A stretch of 64,000 nt of DNA from Terriglobia bacterium. GTDB taxonomy: Bacteria; Acidobacteriota; Terriglobia; JAJPHL01; JAPKYU01. The notes beneath the pieces are model-generated. The model had not been told where the DNA came from. It worked only from the letters and a program-made list of their open reading frames with translations, and ran no database searches. The position numbers and the translations under genes were made by a program. Positions 10,884 through 19,035 of this stretch are shown here, one piece after another. The number at the start of each line of letters is the position of its first letter. Within the stretch, counting starts at the first letter, position 1. Location of the stretch: assembly GCA_965223005.1 (NCBI GenBank), contig CBDCVK010000010.1, positions 1,248,001 to 1,312,000 on the forward strand, given 5' to 3'.

Positions 10884-11306
10884 CTAACGCCGCGGTGCGC
10901 GCTTCCTGCGCCCTTTGGTGCGGAGGCTGGCGGCAGGCTTCTTAAATCGCTTCCGCAGCAGTTCCTTCACCGTTTCCACCAACTCTTTGATCTCCCTTGG
11001 GCCTTTTTGCAACACCGCGTCAGCCTGGTCCACTTTTTCGTCCAGCGCTAGCCGCTCGGCATAACCGGAGTGCAAAATGATGGGGACTCGAGGATTCGCC
11101 TGGCGAATTCGGCGGATCACTTCGGCGCCGTTCATCTCCGGCATGATGTAGTCCACGATGACCAGGTCGATCTTTTCCGTCCGGAACTTTTCCAGGCCCT
11201 CTTTCCCGCTATGGGCCACCACCACCTGATAGCCGTGCTCCTCCAGTAGGGATTGCCGGGCAAAACAGCCGTGACGATTATCGTCGATGCAAAGGAGACG
11301 CGGCAT
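10884..11306 (-). CDS. Single-domain response regulator
   Basis: LCIDD, DLVIVDYIMPEMNG, VLQK receiver motifs. Confidence 0.9.
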   Translation of the reverse strand: MPRLLCIDDNRHGCFARQSLLEEHGYQVVVAHSGKEGLEKFRTEKIDLVIVDYIMPEMNGAEVIRRIRQANPRVPIILHSGYAERLALDEKVDQADAVLQKGPREIKELVETVKELLRKRFKKPAASLRTKGRRKRAPRR

Positions 11307-11335
11307 GAATAAGGGTTACGTTGTGAGGCAAACGG

Positions 11336-11365
11336 ATGGTAACAGATGGGAAAAAGAGCTGTCAA
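11336..11365 (-). promoter_or_regulatory. Promoter of the response regulator, TTGACA-18-(TGn)TACCAT
   Basis: Consensus -35 and extended -10, 30 bp upstream of ATG 11306. Confidence 0.55.
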
Positions 11366-11377
11366 CCTGAGGAAACT

Positions 11378-11903
11378 GGAGTGCGGGTTGCGCCAGCCGT
11401 GTTTCGCCAGCGGAACGCGAACGGCGCGGCAGATGCACGCAGAGGTTGTGTTCCAGCGGCGCGGCGGGAGATGCTAATCGACGATCATCTCACCTTTCGG
11501 GGCGATGTACCCGGCGCGAGCTTGAATCTTGTACTTTACTTCCTTGCCTTTCCGGTTCACCCTCTTCAGCTTTTGGCCGTTCTCATCCACCAGTTGGATC
11601 TTGAGCTTGCGGAATTTCCCGTCGCGTACCGGGTTACTGGAGGCGTAGCCCAGCGTGTACTGGTTGCGCATGTGGTGGGAGATGTTGGCGAAGATGTTGC
11701 GGAACTCCCCGTAGAAGCGCGGAAAAAACGCGCGGCCACCCGAATACTTGGCGAAGTAACGGAGGGCGACGGACGGCTGGTGAAACATGAAGCTGTCGCG
11801 CTAGCGAACCGGGAGAGAGGGTAATTCAGGTGCTCGAGTGGTCGGGCCGGATAAGTGTCAGCGGCGAGGCAGGCTGGGCAGGCGAAACCCGCACAGCGAC
11901 TCC
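11378..11903 (+). ncRNA. Putative structured ncRNA scaffold enclosing a 299-nt antisense copy of the VWA gene 3' end
   Basis: Nested stems 11381-11394/11881-11894 (13/14), 11398-11411/11776-11789 (14 bp, 2 G-U), 11412-11420/11446-11454 (9 bp, 2 G-U); boundaries approximate; predicted by eye only. Confidence 0.5.
11473..11771. repeat. 299-bp exact direct repeat, copy 1 (duplicate of VWA gene 3' end)
   Basis: Base-for-base identical to 12025..12323 (offset 552). Confidence 0.97.
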
Positions 11904-12024
11904 GAAGAACAGCCAAAATGTGCCGCACTACCACCTCAAAGAGGCCAGAGCTGTTTGCGGTTGACACGACAGGGTACGAGGCATAGGTTTTCGGGTGAAG
12001 GGGAAGCTCAAAATGGAAATCCGG

Positions 12025-12323
12025 GCTAATCGACGATCATCTCACCTTTCGGGGCGATGTACCCGGCGCGAGCTTGAATCTTGTACTTTACTTCCTTGCC
12101 TTTCCGGTTCACCCTCTTCAGCTTTTGGCCGTTCTCATCCACCAGTTGGATCTTGAGCTTGCGGAATTTCCCGTCGCGTACCGGGTTACTGGAGGCGTAG
12201 CCCAGCGTGTACTGGTTGCGCATGTGGTGGGAGATGTTGGCGAAGATGTTGCGGAACTCCCCGTAGAAGCGCGGAAAAAACGCGCGGCCACCCGAATACT
12301 TGGCGAAGTAACGGAGGGCGACG
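12025..12323. repeat. 299-bp exact direct repeat, copy 2 (within VWA gene, includes stop codon)
   Basis: Identical to 11473..11771. Confidence 0.97.
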
Positions 12324-13207
12324 TCGGCCTGCATGAAGGTCGCGTTGTCGATGGGGCTCGTGTAGCCGTAACTGTCCAGCAGGATGCGCATCGCTTGCAT
12401 TATCCCAACGGGATAGATGGGTACCTTGCTGGACCGCACCTTTTTCAGGGCGTCCTGGTAGGTGATCTTGCTGAAGGTGTCAACGCCGGTTGAGATCAGC
12501 ACGATCCCTTTCTTGCCAGGCACATCGTTCAGGCGAGTCAGCACCTCGTCCAGGGTGTCAAACAGGTTGGCTTCGCGGAAGCCGGGAAACCGCAGGCGCT
12601 TCATGGAGGCGTAGGCCGCCTGCTTGTTCTGTGTGAAGTCTTGGAGAATCTCGGGCTTCAGGTCGTAAGCCACCACCGCCACCCAGTCCTCGGGTCGCAG
12701 GGTGTTCAGGAAGCCGTAGGCGGCCGTCAGGGTCTCGTGCCAGGTTTGGGACCAGGTCCGCTGGAAAAGGTTGGTGAACTCGATCACCAAAACCACCGTC
12801 ATCGGCGCCTCCGTGTGCTCAAAAGTCTGGACTTGCTGCGGGACACCGTCCTCGAGGATGCGGAAGTTCTTCCTGTTCAGCCCGAGCAGGAAGCGCCCCT
12901 TGCGGTCTCGGACCAACACGTCCACCGTCACCAGGTCCACGTTGACGGCGATATTGAACGGCTGCTCGTCGGGCTTGGCAGCAGCAGCCGGCATGCGCCG
13001 CTTGCTCTTCAGGGGGGCGGGCCGTCGGGGCACCGCCACCGTTGCGCCTACCGGACGCTTGGGACCGCCAACCTTCACTGGGGACTTCTCCTCGGCAGGC
13101 TCCTGCGGAGGCGCCTCCGTCTGTGCCTGGAGCGCCCAGCCCCCAAGGAAAACGACCACCAAGATCAGGAGTGGAAAAAGACGCTTGCGCATAGAAGCCT
13201 CCGCCAT
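12026..13207 (-). CDS. Acidobacterial secreted VWA domain protein
   Basis: Signal peptide, VDLVTVDVLVRD, EDGVPQ, STGVD, GGRAFF, QYTLGY, DGKFRKL; start could be 13192-13219. Confidence 0.88.
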   Translation of the reverse strand: MAEASMRKRLFPLLILVVVFLGGWALQAQTEAPPQEPAEEKSPVKVGGPKRPVGATVAVPRRPAPLKSKRRMPAAAAKPDEQPFNIAVNVDLVTVDVLVRDRKGRFLLGLNRKNFRILEDGVPQQVQTFEHTEAPMTVVLVIEFTNLFQRTWSQTWHETLTAAYGFLNTLRPEDWVAVVAYDLKPEILQDFTQNKQAAYASMKRLRFPGFREANLFDTLDEVLTRLNDVPGKKGIVLISTGVDTFSKITYQDALKKVRSSKVPIYPVGIMQAMRILLDSYGYTSPIDNATFMQADVALRYFAKYSGGRAFFPRFYGEFRNIFANISHHMRNQYTLGYASSNPVRDGKFRKLKIQLVDENGQKLKRVNRKGKEVKYKIQARAGYIAPKGEMIVD

Positions 13208-13492
13208 GGGTCGGACCATCCGAACTGCTACCTCTATCTATGATACCGCTTTTAGACGCTTGGTTGCAGCATCTGACCGTTAGCGTTAGCCCGTCAGGCC
13301 GAAGTTACAGCGTATCAGGTAGTTGGGGACAGCCAGAGAAGGGCACCTGCAACTCCGACCCATGACGAAGCCCGATAAATTCCGCTCTTATATCCTGCCG
13401 CGCCCGACACGAGGGGCGACTTGCACACTTCTCGGGTAAACGGATGACTTCTTTAGACTGAGGACTTGCGCGGTGCGGAAGGTACCTGGGCG

Positions 13493-14656
13493 CTAGCTTT
13501 TCGTAGCCGCGACCAATTCCTCGCGCAGGCTGAATTCCTTGTCGAGCTGTCCGAGTGTGTCCACAATGCCGGTATAGGCCAACTCGGCACGCGAGGCCAT
13601 GGTGGGACCGATAAACCCCTGGCGGCGCCACTCATCCGCTTTCTGCTGGACCTTCAGGCGAGTCGCCTCCCAGGCTGCGTTTCCGAACAGGTCTACGTAG
13701 TCGTCGGTAAACTTGCCCTCGGCGTCCATGGAGAAAGCCAGGCAGGAAACCAACGGCAGACAGAAGGGTCCGGAGACCGACTCGTTGATGGCCACAGGCA
13801 TCAGCGGCATGACGTGCGAGCCACGACAGTCGCCGGTGATGAAATGTCCCAAGGTGTACGGTTCGACGACCTCCTCGGGCGCGGGAAAGATCCCCTGGGT
13901 GCGGACAATGGCCACCGGATCGTCCTTGCCGGTGTATTTGCCGGCGATATTGTGCAATCGTGTGGCCGAGGCAGAGACAATTTGCTCCTCGGGCCGGTAG
14001 CGCGAGTGAACGGCCTCGATCGCGAACCGGTCCGGGTCTTGCAACAGGCAGGCGACGTCCCAAACTCGTTCCGGAACGTTGAGGGTAATGACGCGGTCCC
14101 TGTCTTTGCCCTTGTGATCCATGTCGATGATGGTAATCGCAAATCCTTGGCGTAATTTGGGACTGAGCAGCAGTCCTCCGTTATGCATGGGGTCGCAGAA
14201 GACAGTGTAGAGGGGGTAGTTATAAGCGCCCGGCCCACACTTATCGGCGGCGAGAACCACGAACGCCTCGGCGGGCCGATCCTTGCTCTTTGGATCCCGT
14301 ACAAACTCGATCTCTGCGACTGCCGGACCTGCTCCGCGGACGTTGCCTGAGGGCGCGTCCACCAGCAGATCTTGCCCCGCGCCGTAAAGGCCCGCGCTCT
14401 TGGCTGACTCGGTGGCCGTGAGGAAGGACTCCCAGGCGAAGCCATGAATTTCCTTGGCACCTACACCCCGGGTATGGCTCATGATGATGGCTAGATCGTC
14501 ACCGGTGTGCGTGAGCAGGCCGTCCAGCAAAAGCCCCTGCTGAACGCTGCTGCGCACCCGGGCTTGAACGACTTCCAGCATCTTGCTAGAAGGTCTGGTA
14601 TGTCCACCGATCGAGCCTACATCAGCCTTAATCACTGAGAGTGTAACTTTGGGCAT
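13493..14656 (-). CDS. fbp: Bifunctional fructose-1,6-bisphosphate aldolase/phosphatase (FBPase class V)
   Basis: TLSVIKADVGSIGGH, GDD, LYGAGQDLL, ADK, LHNIAGKYTGKDDP, RGSH. Confidence 0.93.
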   Translation of the reverse strand: MPKVTLSVIKADVGSIGGHTRPSSKMLEVVQARVRSSVQQGLLLDGLLTHTGDDLAIIMSHTRGVGAKEIHGFAWESFLTATESAKSAGLYGAGQDLLVDAPSGNVRGAGPAVAEIEFVRDPKSKDRPAEAFVVLAADKCGPGAYNYPLYTVFCDPMHNGGLLLSPKLRQGFAITIIDMDHKGKDRDRVITLNVPERVWDVACLLQDPDRFAIEAVHSRYRPEEQIVSASATRLHNIAGKYTGKDDPVAIVRTQGIFPAPEEVVEPYTLGHFITGDCRGSHVMPLMPVAINESVSGPFCLPLVSCLAFSMDAEGKFTDDYVDLFGNAAWEATRLKVQQKADEWRRQGFIGPTMASRAELAYTGIVDTLGQLDKEFSLREELVAATKS

Positions 14657-14981
14657 TCCTCCTCCATTGCGCCGTCCAAAAACCAAGCATATTAGCAGAT
14701 TCTCGCAGCCGCGCGCTACCCGGGACAGGGTCCAGCCGCGCCCCACTCGTAGCCGAGCCAAGAAGCTTTGGCCAACCGAATTCCTGGACTTGCTACCCCG
14801 TCGTGTGACGCTAGTTCAGCACTGCGGACAGGCTTGACGTCGCCGGCGACGGATGGTGAGTAAGTGTCAACTGCAGGGGAAAGGTGTTGCCGGCATGACG
14901 CGAGGCCCACAGAATGGCCCGTTTTGCTTGCTTGGGTGGCCTCCGACCCCTGCGGTCGACTGGCTGAGCCCCCTAGGAAAC

Positions 14982-15025
14982 AGACCCCCGAGGACTCGCC
15001 TCAGTGAGCAAGTCCTCGCGGGTCT
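14982..15025. terminator. Long hairpin downstream of 15055..15387, possible terminator
   Basis: AGACCC-CGAGGACT...AGTCCTCG-GGGTCT inverted repeat. Confidence 0.45.
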
Positions 15026-15054
15026 AGAAATGGCAATGCCTTCCCGCGGTCTTC

Positions 15055-15387
15055 CTAGAGCATTTTGACTTTGTCCACGGTCAACGTCTTATCTTTGTGC
15101 ACAGTCCCGGAAACCTCCACATGGTGCCCGGCGTGGGAAGTGACGGCGTCCTGGTTCTTGACCTGGTAGACGGTGCCGTCGTGGGAGACGAACACGGCCT
15201 TTTGCCCGCCTTTGATGCAATTCGCGGCGCAGCCGGCGTGATCGGCGCTGGCCCCGTGGTCATCCCTCGCTCCTGCACACTTCTCGTCGGCAATCCATCC
15301 TTTCCAACTACCCTTTTCGCCGGCAGCGGCGGGTAGGGCTGCCAACAGCACCAAAACCAAGCCCAAGGCAAACACTGTCTTTTTCAT
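15055..15387 (-). CDS. Small secreted Cys/His-containing OB-fold-like protein (DUF5818-like)
   Basis: Signal peptide, GWIADEKCA...CAANCIKGG, HAGHHVEVSG. Confidence 0.75.
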   Translation of the reverse strand: MKKTVFALGLVLVLLAALPAAAGEKGSWKGWIADEKCAGARDDHGASADHAGCAANCIKGGQKAVFVSHDGTVYQVKNQDAVTSHAGHHVEVSGTVHKDKTLTVDKVKML

Positions 15388-15477
15388 GAGAATGCTCCTG
15401 ATTCCTTAGTTTGTAGGCCCCGGCAGCCTACCACAACCGGTCGGTATCGTCCACCGCTATCCGCTGCAGGTAGTGTC

Positions 15478-15807
15478 CTAATTTGGCTGGAGTGCTCCTG
15501 AACTGGACAGAACACTTACGATCAGGTCGGCAATCTTTGAGAGAAGCCAGACCGCAGTACCGGCGAAGATCGTGCCGACAGCGCCAGCAGCGTAAATGAT
15601 GTGGCTTATGCGTTCAACCTTCCTCCCCTGGTCTTCTGATTGCTTCGTGAGGGTGGACACCGACTGGGTTAGGCCGCCGATGGCCTTTTGCATCTCCATA
15701 ATCGCTTGGAGTGTAAAACTGTAGTCGGACGAGGGAACTGGGGTAGGCGTACTCGGAAACCTAGATGGGGTTTCGTCGCGCTCCCGTGGATTGGATTCAA
15801 GCGCCAT
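15478..15807 (-). CDS. Passenger gene: coiled-coil protein with C-terminal TM helix
   Basis: 109 aa; stop codon lies inside the left IR. Confidence 0.7.
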   Translation of the reverse strand: MALESNPRERDETPSRFPSTPTPVPSSDYSFTLQAIMEMQKAIGGLTQSVSTLTKQSEDQGRKVERISHIIYAAGAVGTIFAGTAVWLLSKIADLIVSVLSSSGALQPN

Positions 15808-15810
15808 GCT

Positions 15811-16095
15811 TTACTCTGCGACTTCTTCCTCGGATTCTGCGACCTCTCCCTCGGCCGCAATCCACTCCCAGAGCGACGCTTTATGATATCCAAAGTAACC
15901 GGCCACGTTCAAAACTACAGCGCGGCCTTTAGTGCCGCCTTGGATTTTCAGTTTAGCGGCAACCTGACGGGCGGTTCCTTTGGAGTAGATGAGCCATTGC
16001 CCAGATCCAAAGTGGAAGAATCGACCAGGGTAGATCCGCTCTATCGCAGACTCAAGCCCTTCTTCGGACTCCGCAATAACCGCGAATAGCTTCAT
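15811..16095 (-). CDS. Passenger gene: small hypothetical alpha/beta protein
   Basis: MKLFAVIAE...QWLI...YFGY...LWEWI; 3 bp from the next gene. Confidence 0.65.
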   Translation of the reverse strand: MKLFAVIAESEEGLESAIERIYPGRFFHFGSGQWLIYSKGTARQVAAKLKIQGGTKGRAVVLNVAGYFGYHKASLWEWIAAEGEVAESEEEVAE

Positions 16096-16133
16096 TGCAG
16101 CCCAAGAATACCACGCCTGAGCCGTGGTGTGAC

Positions 16134-16820
16134 TCAGTTCGGAATCAACGAAGCCAACTCCCACACATGGGTCACCAGACCAGCCTGCATTGCGGGAGTC
16201 ACCCTCAAACTCCGATGAACGCGTGCAAAGTTATACCACGCAAAGTGCAGGGCCAGGGCCGCTTTCAGGTTCTCCAGCTTCTTCGAGAACGCGTTCGTTA
16301 GCCGCGTAAACCGGCGCATCTGCATCCTCATGGTGAGATTCTGCCGCTCCACGAAGCTAGTACAGATGCTCTGCCGGTCAGGGGTTCCGAACATGACTTG
16401 GTGGAAGATGCCCACGATGCGACTTGGGTGATACGTGCCGGACTCAGACTCCGCCGCGCCGAAACTTTTGATTAGCATGGCGTAGTCTACGTCTGCGCCG
16501 AGGGCATCATCAATGGCACGAGCGTACGGGTCCAAAGCCACGAAGACAAACTGGCTTCCGAAGTCCCCATTTTCTTCGGGTCGGACGCGCTTCTGCTTCT
16601 TTCGGCAATAAGTCCAAATTTCATCAAGCTCCAAGCGGTTCACCATAAGGCCACGCATCCGCTCGTTTAGAATCGCTTGGCAATGCTGGCCAGTGGCTAC
16701 CAGTAGGCGCATGATGGTGTCCCGATGGACGCCAAACATCCGCTCAATGCTGCGGATGCTATTTCCCTCGACCAAAGCCGAGATAACGGCCAGCTTCTTT
16801 TGGATAGGCAGTACGTTCAT
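16134..16820 (-). pseudogene. IS1-family DDE transposase with in-frame internal deletion
   Basis: HTH (EGNSIRSIERMFGVHRDTI), ELDEIW, TSFVERQNLTMR, RRFTRLTNAFSKK, YNFAR; the segment carrying the second catalytic Asp appears absent at ALDP|YARA. Confidence 0.8.
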
Positions 16821-16953
16821 TGTCAGGCTCCTTGACAGCGGCCCAGGAAAGCCCGACAATGTTGATTGGGTCTCGCATCGGGCTTCGTCCGCTGTGAGAT
16901 TGGCCCCGTTGGTAGTTACAGCTACCGGCGGGGCTTTTGCTTTTCATGGGCCT

Positions 16954-17028
16954 ACATTACTCTCTCGCTTGCTGTTTGTCAAGCACAAAATAAATCCCTT
17001 GACAAACTAGAGGCGCATCCTGTATATT
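16954..17028. promoter_or_regulatory. Back-to-back divergent sigma70 promoters inside the IS
   Basis: Minus: TTGACA(16982-16977)-17-TAATGT; plus: TTGACA(16999-17004)-18-TATATT; each followed by ATG 6 nt later. Confidence 0.65.
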
Positions 17029-17034
17029 TGGGGC

Positions 17035-18051
17035 ATGGCTGAAGAACCGAAAACCCCGGCGGCTGTTGAATTGGGGAAGCTCGGCGGGCAAAAGACCGCC
17101 GAGCGTGGCACTGAGTACTACGCACAGATTCAAGCCCTACGAAAGACCAAGGCTGGAGGGCGCCCGCCCAATCCCAGGAAAGCCACTCATAAGGGGAACC
17201 TGGAAATTGGTGAACGTGAACTCCCGTGTTTCGTACTGGAGGATGGCACACGTGTAATCTCTGGACGGGGCATGACGGCGGCGATTGGCATGAGAGGCCG
17301 TGGCCAGGGAGTGGCACGAATCGTAAGCCTCCTGCAGAAGAAAGGCAATGTTTCCAGTGACTTGCTCCTGGCCATCCAGAATCCCTTGGTTTTCAACAGC
17401 GGGAGCCCTGTTCCTACCCAAGGTTACGAAGCTCAGATTCTGGTCCAGCTATGCGAGGCCTTTTTGGATGCACGGGAAGCAGGGCTACTGAAAACCTCGC
17501 AAGAGAGGCGTTACGGGGACGCCTGCTTCATCATGACCCGCGCCTTCGCCAAGGTGGGCATCATCGCCTTGGTTGATGAGGCCACGGGGTATCAGGAAAT
17601 ACGGGATCGTCTTGCCCTCCAGGCCATCCTTGACAAATTCCTTATGAAAGAACTTGCTGCCTGGGCCAAGCGTTTCCCGGATGAGTTCTATGTGCAAATG
17701 TTCCGGCTTCGCGACTGGCAGTGGAAGGGCATGAAAGTTAACCGTCCGCAGATAGTTGGACGCTATACAAACGACTTGGTCTATGAACGGCTCGCCCCAG
17801 GAATACTGGAGGAACTCCAAGCTCGGAATCCCAAGAATCCGCGTGGCCAGCGCGGGGTGAGACATCACCAGTGGCTAACCGAAAACGTGGGGCACCCTGC
17901 CCTCGCTCAGCACCTCTATGCACTCATCGGGTTCATGCGCGTTTCGTCAACGTGGAGGCAGTTCTATCATATGGTCGAGCGTGCATATCCAAAACGGGGC
18001 CACAATCTGTTGTTGCCTCTTGGAGAACCTTCGGCGGAATCGGAGGCATGA
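17035..18051 (+). CDS. P63C domain-containing protein
   Basis: LPCFVLEDGTRVISGRG, GIIALVDEATGYQ, WAKRFPDEFY, VYERLAPG, HHQWLT. Confidence 0.88.
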   Translation: MAEEPKTPAAVELGKLGGQKTAERGTEYYAQIQALRKTKAGGRPPNPRKATHKGNLEIGERELPCFVLEDGTRVISGRGMTAAIGMRGRGQGVARIVSLLQKKGNVSSDLLLAIQNPLVFNSGSPVPTQGYEAQILVQLCEAFLDAREAGLLKTSQERRYGDACFIMTRAFAKVGIIALVDEATGYQEIRDRLALQAILDKFLMKELAAWAKRFPDEFYVQMFRLRDWQWKGMKVNRPQIVGRYTNDLVYERLAPGILEELQARNPKNPRGQRGVRHHQWLTENVGHPALAQHLYALIGFMRVSSTWRQFYHMVERAYPKRGHNLLLPLGEPSAESEA

Positions 18052-18204
18052 CCCGCTGGCGGCCTTACCTTCCAAGGTCACCACCAGGCAGCACAAGTCA
18101 AATTAGGACACTACCGAAAATTCAAGGCGTGCTCTAAACGGACCCCGCCCTTAGTTTCCCGACCGAGCCTTCTGGGGGAAAATCAGCCACAGGCTTGGAG
18201 AAAA

Positions 18205-18762
18205 TCAGCCGGGCCGGGTGGTAAGCAGGCGGCGGAGGCGGTGGCGACTCATCATCAGGGCGGCCAGGCTCATGCCGTCACGGAAGCGGTTGGTGGCGAT
18301 CAGCCGCTCGAGCTCCGCCCAGCCGACCGAACGCACGCGGATGTGCTCGGTAGGCTCCGGTTGCTGCCTCTGCCGGCGCAGGCCGGTGGCCAGGAAGACG
18401 TGGCAGAATTCGCTGCTCACGCCGCTGTAGACGACAAACTTGCCGATCTTTTCCAGCCGCCGCGCCACGTAGCCCGTCTCTTCCTTCAGCTCCTTGCGGG
18501 CTGCGGCCGCCAGTGGCAGCCCGTCGGTGCCGCCTCCTGGCAGTTCGTAATTCCAGCCGTGTGTCGGGTAGCGATACTCCCGGATGATGATGATGCGGCC
18601 CTCCCGGGTCACCGGCACGATCAGTACCGAGGGGTCGGCCTCCACGACCACGTGCTGGAATTCGTGCCCGGCAGGAGAACGCACCCGGTGATTCTCCAAA
18701 CACAGCCAGGGACTGGAAAAAATCCGTTTGACCTCAAGGCACTTCCATTGCCGCTTGGCCAT
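18205..18762 (-). CDS. NUDIX hydrolase (ADP-ribose pyrophosphatase-like)
   Basis: ELPGG...ARKELKEETGY Nudix box. Confidence 0.9.
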   Translation of the reverse strand: MAKRQWKCLEVKRIFSSPWLCLENHRVRSPAGHEFQHVVVEADPSVLIVPVTREGRIIIIREYRYPTHGWNYELPGGGTDGLPLAAAARKELKEETGYVARRLEKIGKFVVYSGVSSEFCHVFLATGLRRQRQQPEPTEHIRVRSVGWAELERLIATNRFRDGMSLAALMMSRHRLRRLLTTRPG

Positions 18763-19035
18763 GCTAGCTCCTCAATTCAGGGTCTAAAGTCCCAACTCCT
18801 AATAGCGAGACACCGAAAAATAAATCCTGCCCACAAGCAGACCAGGCCCTGCCAGTCTCTCCAAACATAGCTCCCTCGAAGACCCATCGCAGACATTGTG
18901 CCGCAAGTAGTACTTGGAAGACACGCGACCCGGGCTTGCGCACCGTGCTCAGGACCTCCCTGTGGTATAGTTTCATCGAAATGGCCGGCCTGATGGCGAC
19001 AAGCGACCGCTTGCTGCCAACGAGGAGTCCAATGC

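Larger units (their letters stand above)
15469..18115. mobile_element. IS1-family-like element with passenger genes (2647 bp), transposase internally deleted
   Basis: Perfect 17-bp terminal IRs GGTAGTGTCCTAATTTG (15469-15485) / CAAATTAGGACACTACC (18099-18115); visibly less GC-rich than flanks; IS1-like transposase inside; no target duplication seen. Confidence 0.88.

Noticed and set aside
11474-11788. 104-aa ORF (MFHQPS + VWA C-terminus) as an independent gene
   Set aside because: No RBS. Its ATG lies within the 3' strand of the predicted stem, and the frame is open only because of the duplication.
11360-11966. TGTCAACC / GGTTGACA inverted match as a fourth stem or invertase site
   Set aside because: Both are explained as -35 boxes of outward-facing promoters; only 8 bp, and no recombinase nearby.
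11381-12024. Group II intron (GTGCG at 11381, AGC near 11949)
   Set aside because: No convincing domain V/VI, too short, and the GTGCG is fully paired in a terminal stem.
11473-12323. Classical DGR (TR/VR)
   Set aside because: No adenine-specific mismatches, no RT or avd in the window, and the target is not a recognisable C-type lectin or Ig variable domain. Kept only as an analogy.
11473-12323. attL/attR of an integrated element
   Set aside because: Only 253 bp between the copies and no integrase, although a fully decayed element cannot be excluded.
13220-13490. Intergenic region with scattered 6-7-mers shared with 11890-12000
   Set aside because: Matches are short and not fully colinear; chance level.
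14800-14875. Palindromes upstream of fbp (GTCGCCGGCGAC, TTGAC...GTCAA, weak CRP-like box)
   Set aside because: Cannot be distinguished from chance in GC-rich DNA.
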